Shown one piece after another: positions 17,923-30,606 of a stretch of 64,000 nt of DNA; position 1 is the stretch's first letter, and each line of letters begins with the position of its first letter. The notes beneath the pieces were generated by a model that ran no database searches, was not told the origin of the DNA, and worked only from the letters and a program-made list of their open reading frames with translations. The DNA is from Desulfobacterales bacterium (GTDB taxonomy: Bacteria > Desulfobacterota > Desulfobacteria > Desulfobacterales > UBA5616), in contig JAWODC010000082.1 of assembly GCA_046483495.1 (NCBI GenBank), positions 1 to 64,000 on the forward strand, given 5' to 3'. The position numbers and the translations under genes are program-made.

Positions 17923-19500
17923 ATGATCACATTACTCGACTACGGCGCGGGAAACGTATTAAGCGTCATCAATGCGATCGAATCGCTGGGCGAAACGGTC
18001 CATATCGCGACATGCGGCGATGATATTTTGAGCGCCGAAAAATTGGTTTTTCCCGGTGTCGGCGCCTTCGGGAATATGATGGACATATTGACCCGGAAAC
18101 ACTACTCCGCACCGCTGAAAACCTATGTGAATTCCGGCAGGCCCTTTCTGGGCATCTGCCTCGGGCTTCAAGCCTTGTTCGAATACAGTGAAGAGGCCCC
18201 CGGGGTGAAAGGCCTTGGAATTTTCGAAGGAGGTGTAAAGCGCTTTTCCACAAACTTATCGGTGCCCCACATCGGCTGGAACGGCGTTAAACGGCATCAA
18301 CCCTCCGGCCTTTTTTACGCGATACCCGAGAATGAAAAATTTTATTTCGTACATTCGTATCATGTCGTACCAAAGAATGAAGGGATCGTTTTGACAACCA
18401 CGGATTATGGCTACCCTTTTGTCAGCAGCATTCAAAAAGGCAATATTACAGCGACGCAATTTCACCCCGAAAAAAGCGGCCGTGCCGGACTGAAAATGTT
18501 GAACAATTTCATTCACGGTGCATCCCCTTCCGTTTCCGTCAACTCCCGAGAAACGACCGGAAAGACGGCATTGGCAAAACGAATCGTTGCATGCCTGGAT
18601 GTCCGCGCGAATGAACGGGGGGATCTGGTGGTCACCAAGGGGGATCGGTATGACGTGCGAGAGGAAGGGAAAGTAAGGAATCTGGGCGACCCGGTGGACC
18701 TCGCCCACCGTTATTATCAAGAAGGTGCTGATGAAATTACATTTCTCAACATCACGGGTTTCAGAGATTTCCCCATAAAAGACATGCCCATGCTGAACGT
18801 CCTGAAAAAAACGTCGAAAACGGTTTTTGTTCCCCTGACCATCGGGGGCGGGATTCGGAACTTTACCGATAAGGATGGAACAGCCTACACAGCCCTCGAC
18901 GTAGCCGCCGAATATTTTCGATCCGGGGCCGACAAAATCTCCGTCGGCAGCGACGCCGTTACCATCGTGGAACGGTTTTTAAGTACGGGCAAAAAAACCG
19001 GGGACAGCGCCATCGAGGAAATAAGCCGCGTGTATGGAACGCAGGCCGTCGTGGTTTCCATCGATCCTCGTAGAGTTTACGTAACCTCTCCGGAAGGAGT
19101 CCATCACCACGTCATTGAAACCGCCTTTCCCGGTCCGCACGGGGAGCGCTATTGCTGGTACCAGTGCACCGTAAATGGAGGCCGTGAAGGAAGGAATGTA
19201 GATGCGATCACATTGGCGCGATGCTGTGAACAATTGGGCGCCGGGGAAATCCTGCTCAACTGCATCGATCGTGACGGCACGCATATGGGATTCGACATCG
19301 AATTGATCAATGCAGTAAAAAATTCGATTTCTATTCCGGTGATCGCCTCTTCCGGCGCCGGGAGCGAGGCCCATTTTTATGAGGTGTTCACAAAAACCCG
19401 GGTGGAATCCGCACTGGCTGCAGGAATATTTCACCGCCGTGAGGTTCTGATTGAAAAGGTAAAAGCGCTATTGGCAGGAAAGGTGGAAATACGGCAATAA
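17923..19500 (+). CDS. hisHF: Bifunctional imidazole glycerol phosphate synthase (HisH-HisF fusion)
   Basis: Glutaminase DYGAGN, LGICLG, VPHIGWN, QFHPEKS, followed by cyclase LAKRIVACLDV, GADEITFL, GGGIR, IASSGAG. Confidence 0.93.
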   Translation: MITLLDYGAGNVLSVINAIESLGETVHIATCGDDILSAEKLVFPGVGAFGNMMDILTRKHYSAPLKTYVNSGRPFLGICLGLQALFEYSEEAPGVKGLGIFEGGVKRFSTNLSVPHIGWNGVKRHQPSGLFYAIPENEKFYFVHSYHVVPKNEGIVLTTTDYGYPFVSSIQKGNITATQFHPEKSGRAGLKMLNNFIHGASPSVSVNSRETTGKTALAKRIVACLDVRANERGDLVVTKGDRYDVREEGKVRNLGDPVDLAHRYYQEGADEITFLNITGFRDFPIKDMPMLNVLKKTSKTVFVPLTIGGGIRNFTDKDGTAYTALDVAAEYFRSGADKISVGSDAVTIVERFLSTGKKTGDSAIEEISRVYGTQAVVVSIDPRRVYVTSPEGVHHHVIETAFPGPHGERYCWYQCTVNGGREGRNVDAITLARCCEQLGAGEILLNCIDRDGTHMGFDIELINAVKNSISIPVIASSGAGSEAHFYEVFTKTRVESALAAGIFHRREVLIEKVKALLAGKVEIRQ

Positions 19501-19542
19501 GCCATTGTCGGACATGTCGGCGGTTTTTTCGAATGTGTTCAA

Positions 19543-19749
19543 TCAGACGTCAAGCCAGATATCGGCCTCGGTTCCGAAAATTTTACCCGCCACCTGTTTT
19601 CCGGATTCGCCCAGAGGATTCATATGGATGGTAAAATTCACTGCAACATCGATATCCGATTTTCCACCCAACGGGGTCAAGGTATAGGATATTTCCATTT
19701 CTTTTTCCTTGCCGCAGTTTTCGCAGATATAAACGTATTTATAGTTCAT
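19543..19749 (-). CDS. Small hypothetical protein (68 aa) with CxxC
   Basis: Strong GGAGGTG RBS before ATG; YICENCGK. Confidence 0.5.
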   Translation of the reverse strand: MNYKYVYICENCGKEKEMEISYTLTPLGGKSDIDVAVNFTIHMNPLGESGKQVAGKIFGTEADIWLDV

Positions 19750-20000
19750 GGTTCACCTCCAACCTATTATGCCACCGCCGAATGCAGTGGCCTTTAACCT
19801 TGGTGAAACTTGTCCATCGACAACTCCGCTATGCGTTTTCCTTTCTCGACAAAGCAAGGCTGTATTAAAAGTAATTTAATACCTCACCGAAATAATATCA
19901 AGTTCAATTCAGCGCATGCAATCTGAATGTCACATTTTTCGATAAAATTTTAATCTTGCATAATTGAGAAATATTATGGACCGCGAAAGGAGGGCATACG

Positions 20001-20172
20001 ATGATTCCAAGAACGTTATTTACAGATCCAAGTAAAAGTTGGCACGATCTAATTTCGGAAATGGAATGAATGTCGCGACAGGTCGACCGGTTGGCAAGTG
20101 CAACCTTCGGCAGGCCGGGAATCTGGTTTGCGCCCGCGAAAGTATTTCCGGCTGTTGATATCACGGAAGACA
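20001..20172 (+). pseudogene. Hsp20 (small heat-shock protein) 5' remnant
   Basis: GGAGG RBS; MIPRTLF...ISEME*MSRQVDRL...AKVFPAVDITED resembles deltaproteobacterial Hsp20 N-termini; in-frame TGA at 20067-20069; alpha-crystallin domain missing. Confidence 0.6.
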
Positions 20173-20178
20173 TTATCG

Positions 20179-20216
20179 ATGGGCATGGGGGCGGTAGACA
20201 CCCACCCCATGCCCAT
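20179..20216. terminator. Hairpin downstream of the CoA-disulfide reductase gene
   Basis: ATGGGCATGGGG...CCCCATGCCCAT perfect 12-bp stem. Confidence 0.6.
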
Positions 20217-20229
20217 GTCGATGTCTCGA

Positions 20230-21954
20230 TTATTTGTAGCCTTCGGGAGCAAAAGCGGGGTCGCTCATCAGGATCATGCCCAGGCCGCCTTGAATGTTCA
20301 GCGTGTCGGCATGAATGCCCTTATTCCTCAACAGGAGCTGCGCCTCGTAAGACCGCGGACCTGATCCGCACACCAGATACAGAGGCGCTTCCCTGGGCAC
20401 CTCATCCAGCCTGTAAAAAAGCTCGTTTTCCTCGATATTGATCCATCGATCCCCGTACTTCTCGACAAAAGGCCCCGCCTGAACAGGACTTCTCACATCA
20501 AGAACATGCACCTTGCCGGATTTGAATTTTTCTAAAAAGTCGATGACATCCACCGGCTTGTGAAGGCCGCTTAGAATATTGTCCAGACTGTTGGCGGCAT
20601 TATTGACAATATCCATGGCAGATGCAAATGGCGGTGAGTAGGCAACCTCGAGGTTGGCGATTTCATCAACCGTGGCATTATACGAGAGCGTAACGGCTAC
20701 GGCATCGACGCGGGCCTTTACCGCGTCACCCTGAAAACCGGCGGCCTCGACACCGAGAATGCGCCGGGTTTTACGATCGGCGATCAATTTCATGTACATC
20801 AACTGCATCGTGGGATAAAAATGAGCCCGATCAGCCTGGACAACGACGCTGTGAACGGCATCGAATCCGGCGGCCTCGGCCTGTGTAACCGTCAAACCGG
20901 CCCGGGCGAAACACAGGTCGAAGATCTTGACGCAGAAGGATCCCACCGTTCCCTTGAATGTCATGAAGCCTCCGGCGAGATTCGTGCCGATAACCCTGCC
21001 CTGACGGTTGGCCAGTGATCCGAGCGGCATGAGGATGTGTTCGCCATTGACCAGGTGGGGTATTTCGACACAGTCACCACCGGCATATATTTCCGGGTCC
21101 GAGGTTCTCATGCGGTGGTCCACTAAAATGCCGCCATATCGGCCGACAGCAAGACCGGCTTCTTTAGCCAGATCCGTATTCGGTCGTATTCCCACGGAAA
21201 TGATCACCATTTCGCAGGAAATCTCCTGTTTATCCGTCACAATGCTTTTCACGCCGCCGGCGGCATCGCCTTTAATTTCAGCAACCCGTTCACCGAGCAA
21301 AACACGAACATCGTGCTGTTCCATATGGTTCTTTGCCAATAGGGCCATATCGCCGCCCAGTGCGGTGGGGAATAATTGATCCATCATTTCCACCAGAGTG
21401 GTGTTGATCCCCCAAAGATCGGTCAGCGCCTCGGCCATTTCAACGCCGATGGCCCCTCCTCCAATGACGACGGCGTTCTCGACCTGACCTTTTGAAATTT
21501 TATCTTTTATCGTCATGGCGTCATGGAGGTTCGACACAACGAACACACTCGGCAGCGCAGCCCCCGGAATCGGCGGAAGCACGGGCCGCGCGCCGGTGGC
21601 AAGAACCAGCTTGTCATAGGGCAGGTCTTCGAGCGTTCCGTCCGCAAGACGCTTGATGGTGAGCTTTTTCTTTTTACGATCGATGGATACGGCTTCAGTG
21701 CCTGTTCTGACGTTCACCCTTTTTACATCCTGAAAATAGCCCTCGTTTCTGGGGACGTGGGCACTGGTCGAATACAAGGTGTCAATTTCCCCGACATCTC
21801 CTCCAACGTAATACGGAATTCCGCATCCGCCGTAGCTGATCATTTCGTCTTTGTCAATGAGGGTGACTTCCGCATCAGGCTCCAACCGCTTGAGACGACA
21901 GGCCGCCTTGGGGCCAAGCGCCACGGCACCGACAATCACAACTCTTTTTGCCAC
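20230..21954 (-). CDS. FAD-dependent CoA-disulfide/persulfide reductase with C-terminal rhodanese domain
   Basis: SYGGCGIPY redox Cys, LATGA, IGGGAIGVE, GGDC, AYSPPF, rhodanese CGSGPRSY. Confidence 0.9.
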   Translation of the reverse strand: MAKRVVIVGAVALGPKAACRLKRLEPDAEVTLIDKDEMISYGGCGIPYYVGGDVGEIDTLYSTSAHVPRNEGYFQDVKRVNVRTGTEAVSIDRKKKKLTIKRLADGTLEDLPYDKLVLATGARPVLPPIPGAALPSVFVVSNLHDAMTIKDKISKGQVENAVVIGGGAIGVEMAEALTDLWGINTTLVEMMDQLFPTALGGDMALLAKNHMEQHDVRVLLGERVAEIKGDAAGGVKSIVTDKQEISCEMVIISVGIRPNTDLAKEAGLAVGRYGGILVDHRMRTSDPEIYAGGDCVEIPHLVNGEHILMPLGSLANRQGRVIGTNLAGGFMTFKGTVGSFCVKIFDLCFARAGLTVTQAEAAGFDAVHSVVVQADRAHFYPTMQLMYMKLIADRKTRRILGVEAAGFQGDAVKARVDAVAVTLSYNATVDEIANLEVAYSPPFASAMDIVNNAANSLDNILSGLHKPVDVIDFLEKFKSGKVHVLDVRSPVQAGPFVEKYGDRWINIEENELFYRLDEVPREAPLYLVCGSGPRSYEAQLLLRNKGIHADTLNIQGGLGMILMSDPAFAPEGYK

Positions 21955-22308
21955 TGTTCTTCTCCTTTTTCTTCCGACATGCTTACCGGCAAACCGTATT
22001 GTTCGGGATAAAAATCGCTTGTTCAGTGTATATGCGTGGAAGATTATTTTTTCCTTCCGGCTTTGTCAATTCTTTTAATGAAAAGCCGTACGGCAAAGAA
22101 GGGTGCGTTATACTCTCTTTTTGCACGGTATCGGTGAAGAAAAAAAGCAGGCATTCCACCGGACGGATAAAGCCGCCGATAATGTTTCGGGGTTCACGGC
22201 GGCGCGGTGAAGCCATGTGCCGGCGCCGCCTTTTTGAATGGCGGAAATGTTCGAAAATTGAAGCGCGGCAAGAACCCCGGAATGCGGCGGGTTCTCCTGT
22301 GGCGGATG

Positions 22309-25509
<3,201 letters not shown>

Positions 25510-25613
25510 AAATCGCTCCTTTAAATTGAATCTAAACGGGTGAACCTGTTATCGATCGCCTAAAATGCAGCAACCGTTAAGACTTTCTATTCTCGGGTAT
25601 TTTTAGCCGTGCT

Positions 25614-25642
25614 ACTATAGAGATGCGGCTAAATGATGTCAA
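25614..25642 (-). promoter_or_regulatory. sigma70-type promoter of carB
   Basis: Minus strand TTGACA-N17-TATAGT. Confidence 0.65.
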
Positions 25643-25770
25643 GAAGCATTCCGCATGACATGTATTATCAGAGAATTGATTTTCTTTATCAAGCAGTAAT
25701 GGAGCGTTGACGCCGGCACAAAAAAAGCCTATTTTCATTCTTCAGGTCACCATCGACATGGAAAGGACGA

Positions 25771-26886
25771 TTGCCAGTGGATGATATATTTCAGAATCGG
25801 ATAACCCGGCTCCGGCAGCGAATCGCTGAAGTAAATCTCGACGCACTGCTGGTGTCCATCGATGAAAACCGGCGATACCTCAGCGGATTTACCGGTGAAG
25901 ATACGCATTTCGACGAATCCGCGGGGGTGCTGATGATCACTGCGGACCGATCGATCCTGGCCACGGATTCCCGGTTCACGCTGCAGGCCCGTAAAGAGGC
26001 CCCTCTTTTTGACATTCATCAATATGAAAAAGGATTGGCGAAGGAACTCCCCGGTCTTATCGCCCGACTCGACGTATCGCGCATTGGATTTGAAGACCGG
26101 CGCGTATCCGTTTTTCAGCATCGCGAAATGACGCGCGAGGCGTCCGAACAAGGTCTGGATGCGGAATTCGTCCCCTGCGAAGATCTGGTTGAGCAGCTGC
26201 GCCTGATCAAGGACGAATCGGAAATTGCGCTTACCCGAAAAGCCCTGTCCGTTGCCGAAGCCGCTTTTGTGGAGACCGCAGGTATGCTGGAACCCGGCAT
26301 GACTGAAAAAGAAATCGCCTGGAACCTGGAGCAGACGGTTCGCAGGTCCGGCGGCGACACCCTTTCCTTTCCCACGATTGTCGCATCAGGCCCCAACAGC
26401 GCCCTGCCTCATGCCGTACCCGGAGACCGGAAAATTAAAAGCGGAGAGCCGATATTATTTGACTGGGGGGTCCGAATGGACGGTTACTGCTCGGACACAT
26501 CCCGCACCCTCATTCTGGGAAAACCGGATGACACATTTTCAACGATTCATGAGATCGTCCGAACGGCACAACGGTTGGCGATAGCCGAGATAAAGCCGGG
26601 GGCACATGGAAAAGCTGTCGATGAGATCGCCCGCACCTTTATCGAGGACAACGGGTATAAGGGCAAATTCGGGCACGGCCTCGGCCACGGCACAGGTCTG
26701 GCGGTACATGAGGGGCCGCGGTTAAGTCCCTTGAGCACCTCGATCCTGGAGCCCGGAATGATCGTCACGGTCGAACCCGGCATCTACATTGAAAAATGGG
26801 GCGGAGTCAGGATAGAAAACCAGGTCGTCGTTCGAGAAGACGGTCCCGAGGTGTTGAACCGGCTGGATACACGATTCGGCATTTGA
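25771..26886 (+). CDS. Xaa-Pro aminopeptidase (M24 family)
   Basis: RYLSGFTG, TDSRF, SALPHA, D.G....GYCSDTSRT, HGLGHGTGL.VHE.P, TVEPGIY, GVRIE. Confidence 0.93.
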   Translation: MPVDDIFQNRITRLRQRIAEVNLDALLVSIDENRRYLSGFTGEDTHFDESAGVLMITADRSILATDSRFTLQARKEAPLFDIHQYEKGLAKELPGLIARLDVSRIGFEDRRVSVFQHREMTREASEQGLDAEFVPCEDLVEQLRLIKDESEIALTRKALSVAEAAFVETAGMLEPGMTEKEIAWNLEQTVRRSGGDTLSFPTIVASGPNSALPHAVPGDRKIKSGEPILFDWGVRMDGYCSDTSRTLILGKPDDTFSTIHEIVRTAQRLAIAEIKPGAHGKAVDEIARTFIEDNGYKGKFGHGLGHGTGLAVHEGPRLSPLSTSILEPGMIVTVEPGIYIEKWGGVRIENQVVVREDGPEVLNRLDTRFGI

Positions 26887-26888
26887 AT

Positions 26889-27024
26889 TAGTGCCCATCC
26901 AGAAATAGGCAATTTCGCGTGAGTTCAAGGCGGGCGCAAGATCGAAACCGCAGGAATAGCGTGCTATTTTGAGGATTAACCTTTTCCGGCCAACGAAGAA
27001 ATGGAGTGGATCAGCCATTTCCGG
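26889..27024 (+). mobile_element. Degenerate MITE/REP-like element, same family as 46789-46936
   Basis: Core TCAAGGCGGG...CAGGAATA...TATTTTGAG.ATT...CCAACG shared with the reverse complement of 46789-46936; right terminal repeat eroded. Confidence 0.55.
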
Positions 27025-27077
27025 TGCAGTTTTCGGTCCTCGACAAAAACCTGTTTCTTGCCAATTGTTGAATTTAA

Positions 27078-27983
27078 ATGAAAAAAAGCTACTCCCTGGA
27101 CACGCTGGCCGATCAGTTTACCAATTACCTGCTGGTTGAAAAAGGGCTTTCCGCCAAAACCATAGAATCGTACAGCCGGGATCTCGTTCGTTTTTTCAAT
27201 TTTCTTGAAGAAAACGGCATCGACGATATTCGAGATACGGACACCACCGTGATTTTGGGGCATGTCATTCACCTTCGCAAATCCGGCCTGGAAGCGCGGT
27301 CCCGGGCCCGTCATCTGGTCGCCATTCGCGGTTTTTACCGTTTTCTGATTCGAGAAAAAATGCTGGACCACGATCCGGCGGCCCGTGTGGACCTGCCGAA
27401 AAGCACGCTCCATCTGCCGGAGGTATTGACGACGGGTGAAGTATACAGGCTGTTGGATGCACCGGATGTTCACACCCCGACGGGTCTTCGAAACGCCGCC
27501 ATGCTGGAGCTGCTTTATGCAGCGGGATTGCGCGTTTCCGAACTGGTGACGGTAAAACGCCATGATGTGAACCTGGAGATGGGTTTTGTGCGGGTTTTTG
27601 GCAAAGGATCGAAGGAACGGATCGTTCCCATCGGCCAAAGCGCCAAAGACCGCATCAGGGACTACATGCAGACGGCCCTTCCCCTGCTGCTTAAAAACGT
27701 CACCAGCCACTACCTGTTCGTTGCCCGTGCGGGCAAACCCATGACCCGGCAGGGATTCTGGAAACTGCTGAAACAGTACGGCATAAAGGCCGGGATCGGA
27801 AAAAAGCTGACGCCGCACACCTTAAGGCATTCATTTGCCACGCATCTTCTCGAGGGTGGAGCCGATTTGCGTTCGGTACAAATCATGCTGGGCCACGCGG
27901 ACATCGCCACCACCCAGATATACACCCATGTCGCCAGGGATCATCTTATTAAAATACACAAACAATATCATCCCAGGGGCTGA
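27078..27983 (+). CDS. xerD: Site-specific tyrosine recombinase XerD
   Basis: LELLYAAGLRVSEL, GKGSKER, MTRQGFWK, PHTLRHSFATHLLEGGADLR, LGHADIATTQIYTHV, HPRG. Confidence 0.93.
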   Translation: MKKSYSLDTLADQFTNYLLVEKGLSAKTIESYSRDLVRFFNFLEENGIDDIRDTDTTVILGHVIHLRKSGLEARSRARHLVAIRGFYRFLIREKMLDHDPAARVDLPKSTLHLPEVLTTGEVYRLLDAPDVHTPTGLRNAAMLELLYAAGLRVSELVTVKRHDVNLEMGFVRVFGKGSKERIVPIGQSAKDRIRDYMQTALPLLLKNVTSHYLFVARAGKPMTRQGFWKLLKQYGIKAGIGKKLTPHTLRHSFATHLLEGGADLRSVQIMLGHADIATTQIYTHVARDHLIKIHKQYHPRG

Positions 27984-28120
27984 CCCATGCTATCGGACGC
28001 AGGGTCCTTTGTTTAACGGACGCTATGGATCATCCTTGACATCTTCAACCGATTTGTTTACAAAACTATGCATCTTTTTATTTTATCTCATTGATATCAT
28101 TATATAATACGGAAGAACCA

Positions 28121-29773
28121 ATGACCTTGCACATAAAAAAGCCCCATGCGTTGGGATTATGGATTCCGGACGCGGATGCTTACGGGAAACTAACCGTTGC
28201 TGAAGCGATATCGAATGTCAACCGCCCCGTCTTCATTTTCGAGAAAAACGGCACGTACGGCATTTCTCACGCCGGAACGGCCGTTATCGGAAGACAACCG
28301 GATTCCGCGGCTTCCGGACACCCCCTGACGGCCTGGGCGCCTGAACTGGTCCCCCGGGATCTTGGAGATCCCGTCTTTCTCGAGTCCTACAACCTGAAGT
28401 ATCCCTACATCTGTGGGGCTATGGCCAACGGCATTACCTCGGTGAGGATGGTTCAGGAAGCGGGAAAAGCGGGCATGCTGGCTTTTTTCGGCGCAGCCGG
28501 GCTTTCCATCGGGCAAATTGAAAATGCCGTCGATGCGATTGCGTCCGGCTTGCCTGATCGCCCTTTTGGTTTCAACCTGATTCACAGTCCCAACGATCCC
28601 CGGCTCGAAATGGATACGGTGCAGCTGTACTTAAACAAAGGCATCCGCCTGATCAGCGCATCCGCCTACCTCGCGCTGACGCTTCCACTTGTATATTACC
28701 GGGTTAAGGGCATTTACGAGGATGCACACGGAAACATCCGGTGCCCGAATAAAATCATCGCCAAGGTATCCCGAATCGAAATCGCCTCCAAATTTCTCGC
28801 CCCGCCACCGGAGAAAATACTTGCACAACTTTTGGACCGGCAATGGATCACCCCCGGTGAAGCCGCACGGGCTGCGAGCGTTCCCATGGCCGAAGACATT
28901 ACCGCCGAGGCGGACTCCGGCGGCCATACGGATAACCGTCCGGCGATTGCGCTTTTGCCGACGCTCATCGCCCTGAAAAACCACCTCTCGAGCCGATACG
29001 GCTATTCAAGACCTCCGCGCATCGGACTCGGCGGTGGTATTTCAACGCCGTATGCGGCTGCGGCGGCTTTTGCCATGGGTGCGGCCTTTCTGGTGACCGG
29101 ATCGGTCAACCAATCCTGTGTTGAGGCCGGCACATCGGACACCGTCAAGCATCTGCTCGCTTCAGCCCGGCAGGCGGATGTCGCCATGGCGCCTGCAGCG
29201 GATATGTTCGAAATCGGCGCACGGGTGCAGGTCTTGAAAAGAGGTACGATGTTCCCGCTGCGAGCCGCAAAACTCTATGATCTTTACACCCGCCATAACC
29301 GCTGGGAGGATATAGACCCCGGGCAAAGAAAAATGCTCGAACGCGATGTTTTCAAGTGCACTTTCGAAGAAGAATGGGAGCAGACAAAAGCCTATTTCAA
29401 CAAAAGAGAACCGGGGCAAATCGCACGTGCGGAAAAAAACGAAAAGCATAAAATGGCCCTTGTTTTTCGTTCGTACTTAGGTCGTGCTTCCATGTGGGCC
29501 ATACAGGGAATTTCCGAAAGGCAGATGGATTACCAGATCTGGTGCGGACCGGCCATCGGAGCATTCAACCAGTGGGCGGCGGGAACATTCCTCGAAACGC
29601 CGGAAAACAGGGATATCGTTACGGTGGCCATGAACCTGCTTTTCGGTGCCTGCGTAGTCACCCGTGCCAGCTGGCTGAAGCATCAAGGCGTCCTGCTTCC
29701 GGAAACCGCATCCGGATTCAGACCGATGCCCTTGTCACGCATCAAAGAGCTGCTCGGCGAAACGTCCCTGTAA
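28121..29773 (+). CDS. pfaD: PfaD-family PUFA synthase enoyl reductase
   Basis: GAMANGI, FGFNLIHSP, SASAY, IAKVSR.E, AEADSGGHTDNR, TGSVNQ, MAPAADMFE.G, DYQIWCGP. Confidence 0.95.
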   Translation: MTLHIKKPHALGLWIPDADAYGKLTVAEAISNVNRPVFIFEKNGTYGISHAGTAVIGRQPDSAASGHPLTAWAPELVPRDLGDPVFLESYNLKYPYICGAMANGITSVRMVQEAGKAGMLAFFGAAGLSIGQIENAVDAIASGLPDRPFGFNLIHSPNDPRLEMDTVQLYLNKGIRLISASAYLALTLPLVYYRVKGIYEDAHGNIRCPNKIIAKVSRIEIASKFLAPPPEKILAQLLDRQWITPGEAARAASVPMAEDITAEADSGGHTDNRPAIALLPTLIALKNHLSSRYGYSRPPRIGLGGGISTPYAAAAAFAMGAAFLVTGSVNQSCVEAGTSDTVKHLLASARQADVAMAPAADMFEIGARVQVLKRGTMFPLRAAKLYDLYTRHNRWEDIDPGQRKMLERDVFKCTFEEEWEQTKAYFNKREPGQIARAEKNEKHKMALVFRSYLGRASMWAIQGISERQMDYQIWCGPAIGAFNQWAAGTFLETPENRDIVTVAMNLLFGACVVTRASWLKHQGVLLPETASGFRPMPLSRIKELLGETSL

Positions 29774-29784
29774 AAGACATGATA

Positions 29785-30309
29785 TCAGGATGCGAGATCT
29801 CTTAAAAACTTCTCGTAAAGCCGTGTCAGGTAAAGCTGCTTCATGGCCGTCGGTCTGGATGGGTGAACACGATCTCCTCCACGGAGCATTTCATCGGTGA
29901 AGCGCTCTTCGCAAATCGTCTTGCCGTCCCGGTCGAATTTGCGCAACGATATCATGCACCGGAGGATAGACGTCAAGCCGCCCTCGTCATTGTGATGGTA
30001 AAAGATTACAACATGTTCCTGATCCTGTTCGCCGGCATTCGCAGTACATGAAGCCGAATTTTTTTCTCGAATCCAAGACCGAAGGTCGTTTATCAGCTGC
30101 CCGGCATCGCGTATGGCAAGATGCAGTCGACTTACCGCAAACCCGCCCAAATAGACGGCAAACGCCTCCTCTTGTGAAAACTGCCTAGCGTAGCCGGATT
30201 GACGTCCGCCCAGGGGATCGGGCGGCAGAAACTCGCGTGACCAACGCTTCCATTTGGCCAAATTGACCTTCAACGATTTTGACAGCCCTCGGCTGGTGTA
30301 ATATTTCAT
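29785..30309 (-). CDS. Hypothetical protein with MerR-like N-terminal HTH
   Basis: YTSRGLS..L.V....WKRWSREFL....G.ARQFS pattern typical of MerR-like winged HTH; transcribed divergently from pfaA. Confidence 0.6.
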   Translation of the reverse strand: MKYYTSRGLSKSLKVNLAKWKRWSREFLPPDPLGGRQSGYARQFSQEEAFAVYLGGFAVSRLHLAIRDAGQLINDLRSWIREKNSASCTANAGEQDQEHVVIFYHHNDEGGLTSILRCMISLRKFDRDGKTICEERFTDEMLRGGDRVHPSRPTAMKQLYLTRLYEKFLRDLAS

Positions 30310-30606
30310 AATCACCCTAATATGGTTTACCTTGATAACTTGTTATATGAATATCATAAGTTCGATTTTCATTTCAATGCTTGAAATTATTTTTTTCATC
30401 ATTTAATATTTTTCAGACAAACAGTGACAGGGTGCCCCCCCGGTTTGGGTGATATGCAATTATTCAGAACCTTTAAACCGGGATTTCCATATGGACGAAT
30501 GTGAACCTATCGGCGTAATGGCCGGGTTCATTCAAACGAGTGCCCGTTCATTAACGGCATTTCTTGATTCCGGAACGGATTGGAAGCAAATCCGAAGTCC
30601 GTTCCG

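Noticed and set aside
20067..20069. In-frame TGA as possible selenocysteine
   Set aside because: The position fits Arg in Hsp20-like 'E(R)M.RQ', not a Cys site; the gene is also truncated and no convincing SECIS was seen
27078..27983. Tyrosine recombinase as integrase of a pfa genomic island
   Set aside because: Sequence has housekeeping XerD signatures (MTRQGFWK, C-terminal HPRG); no att repeats or tRNA target were seen
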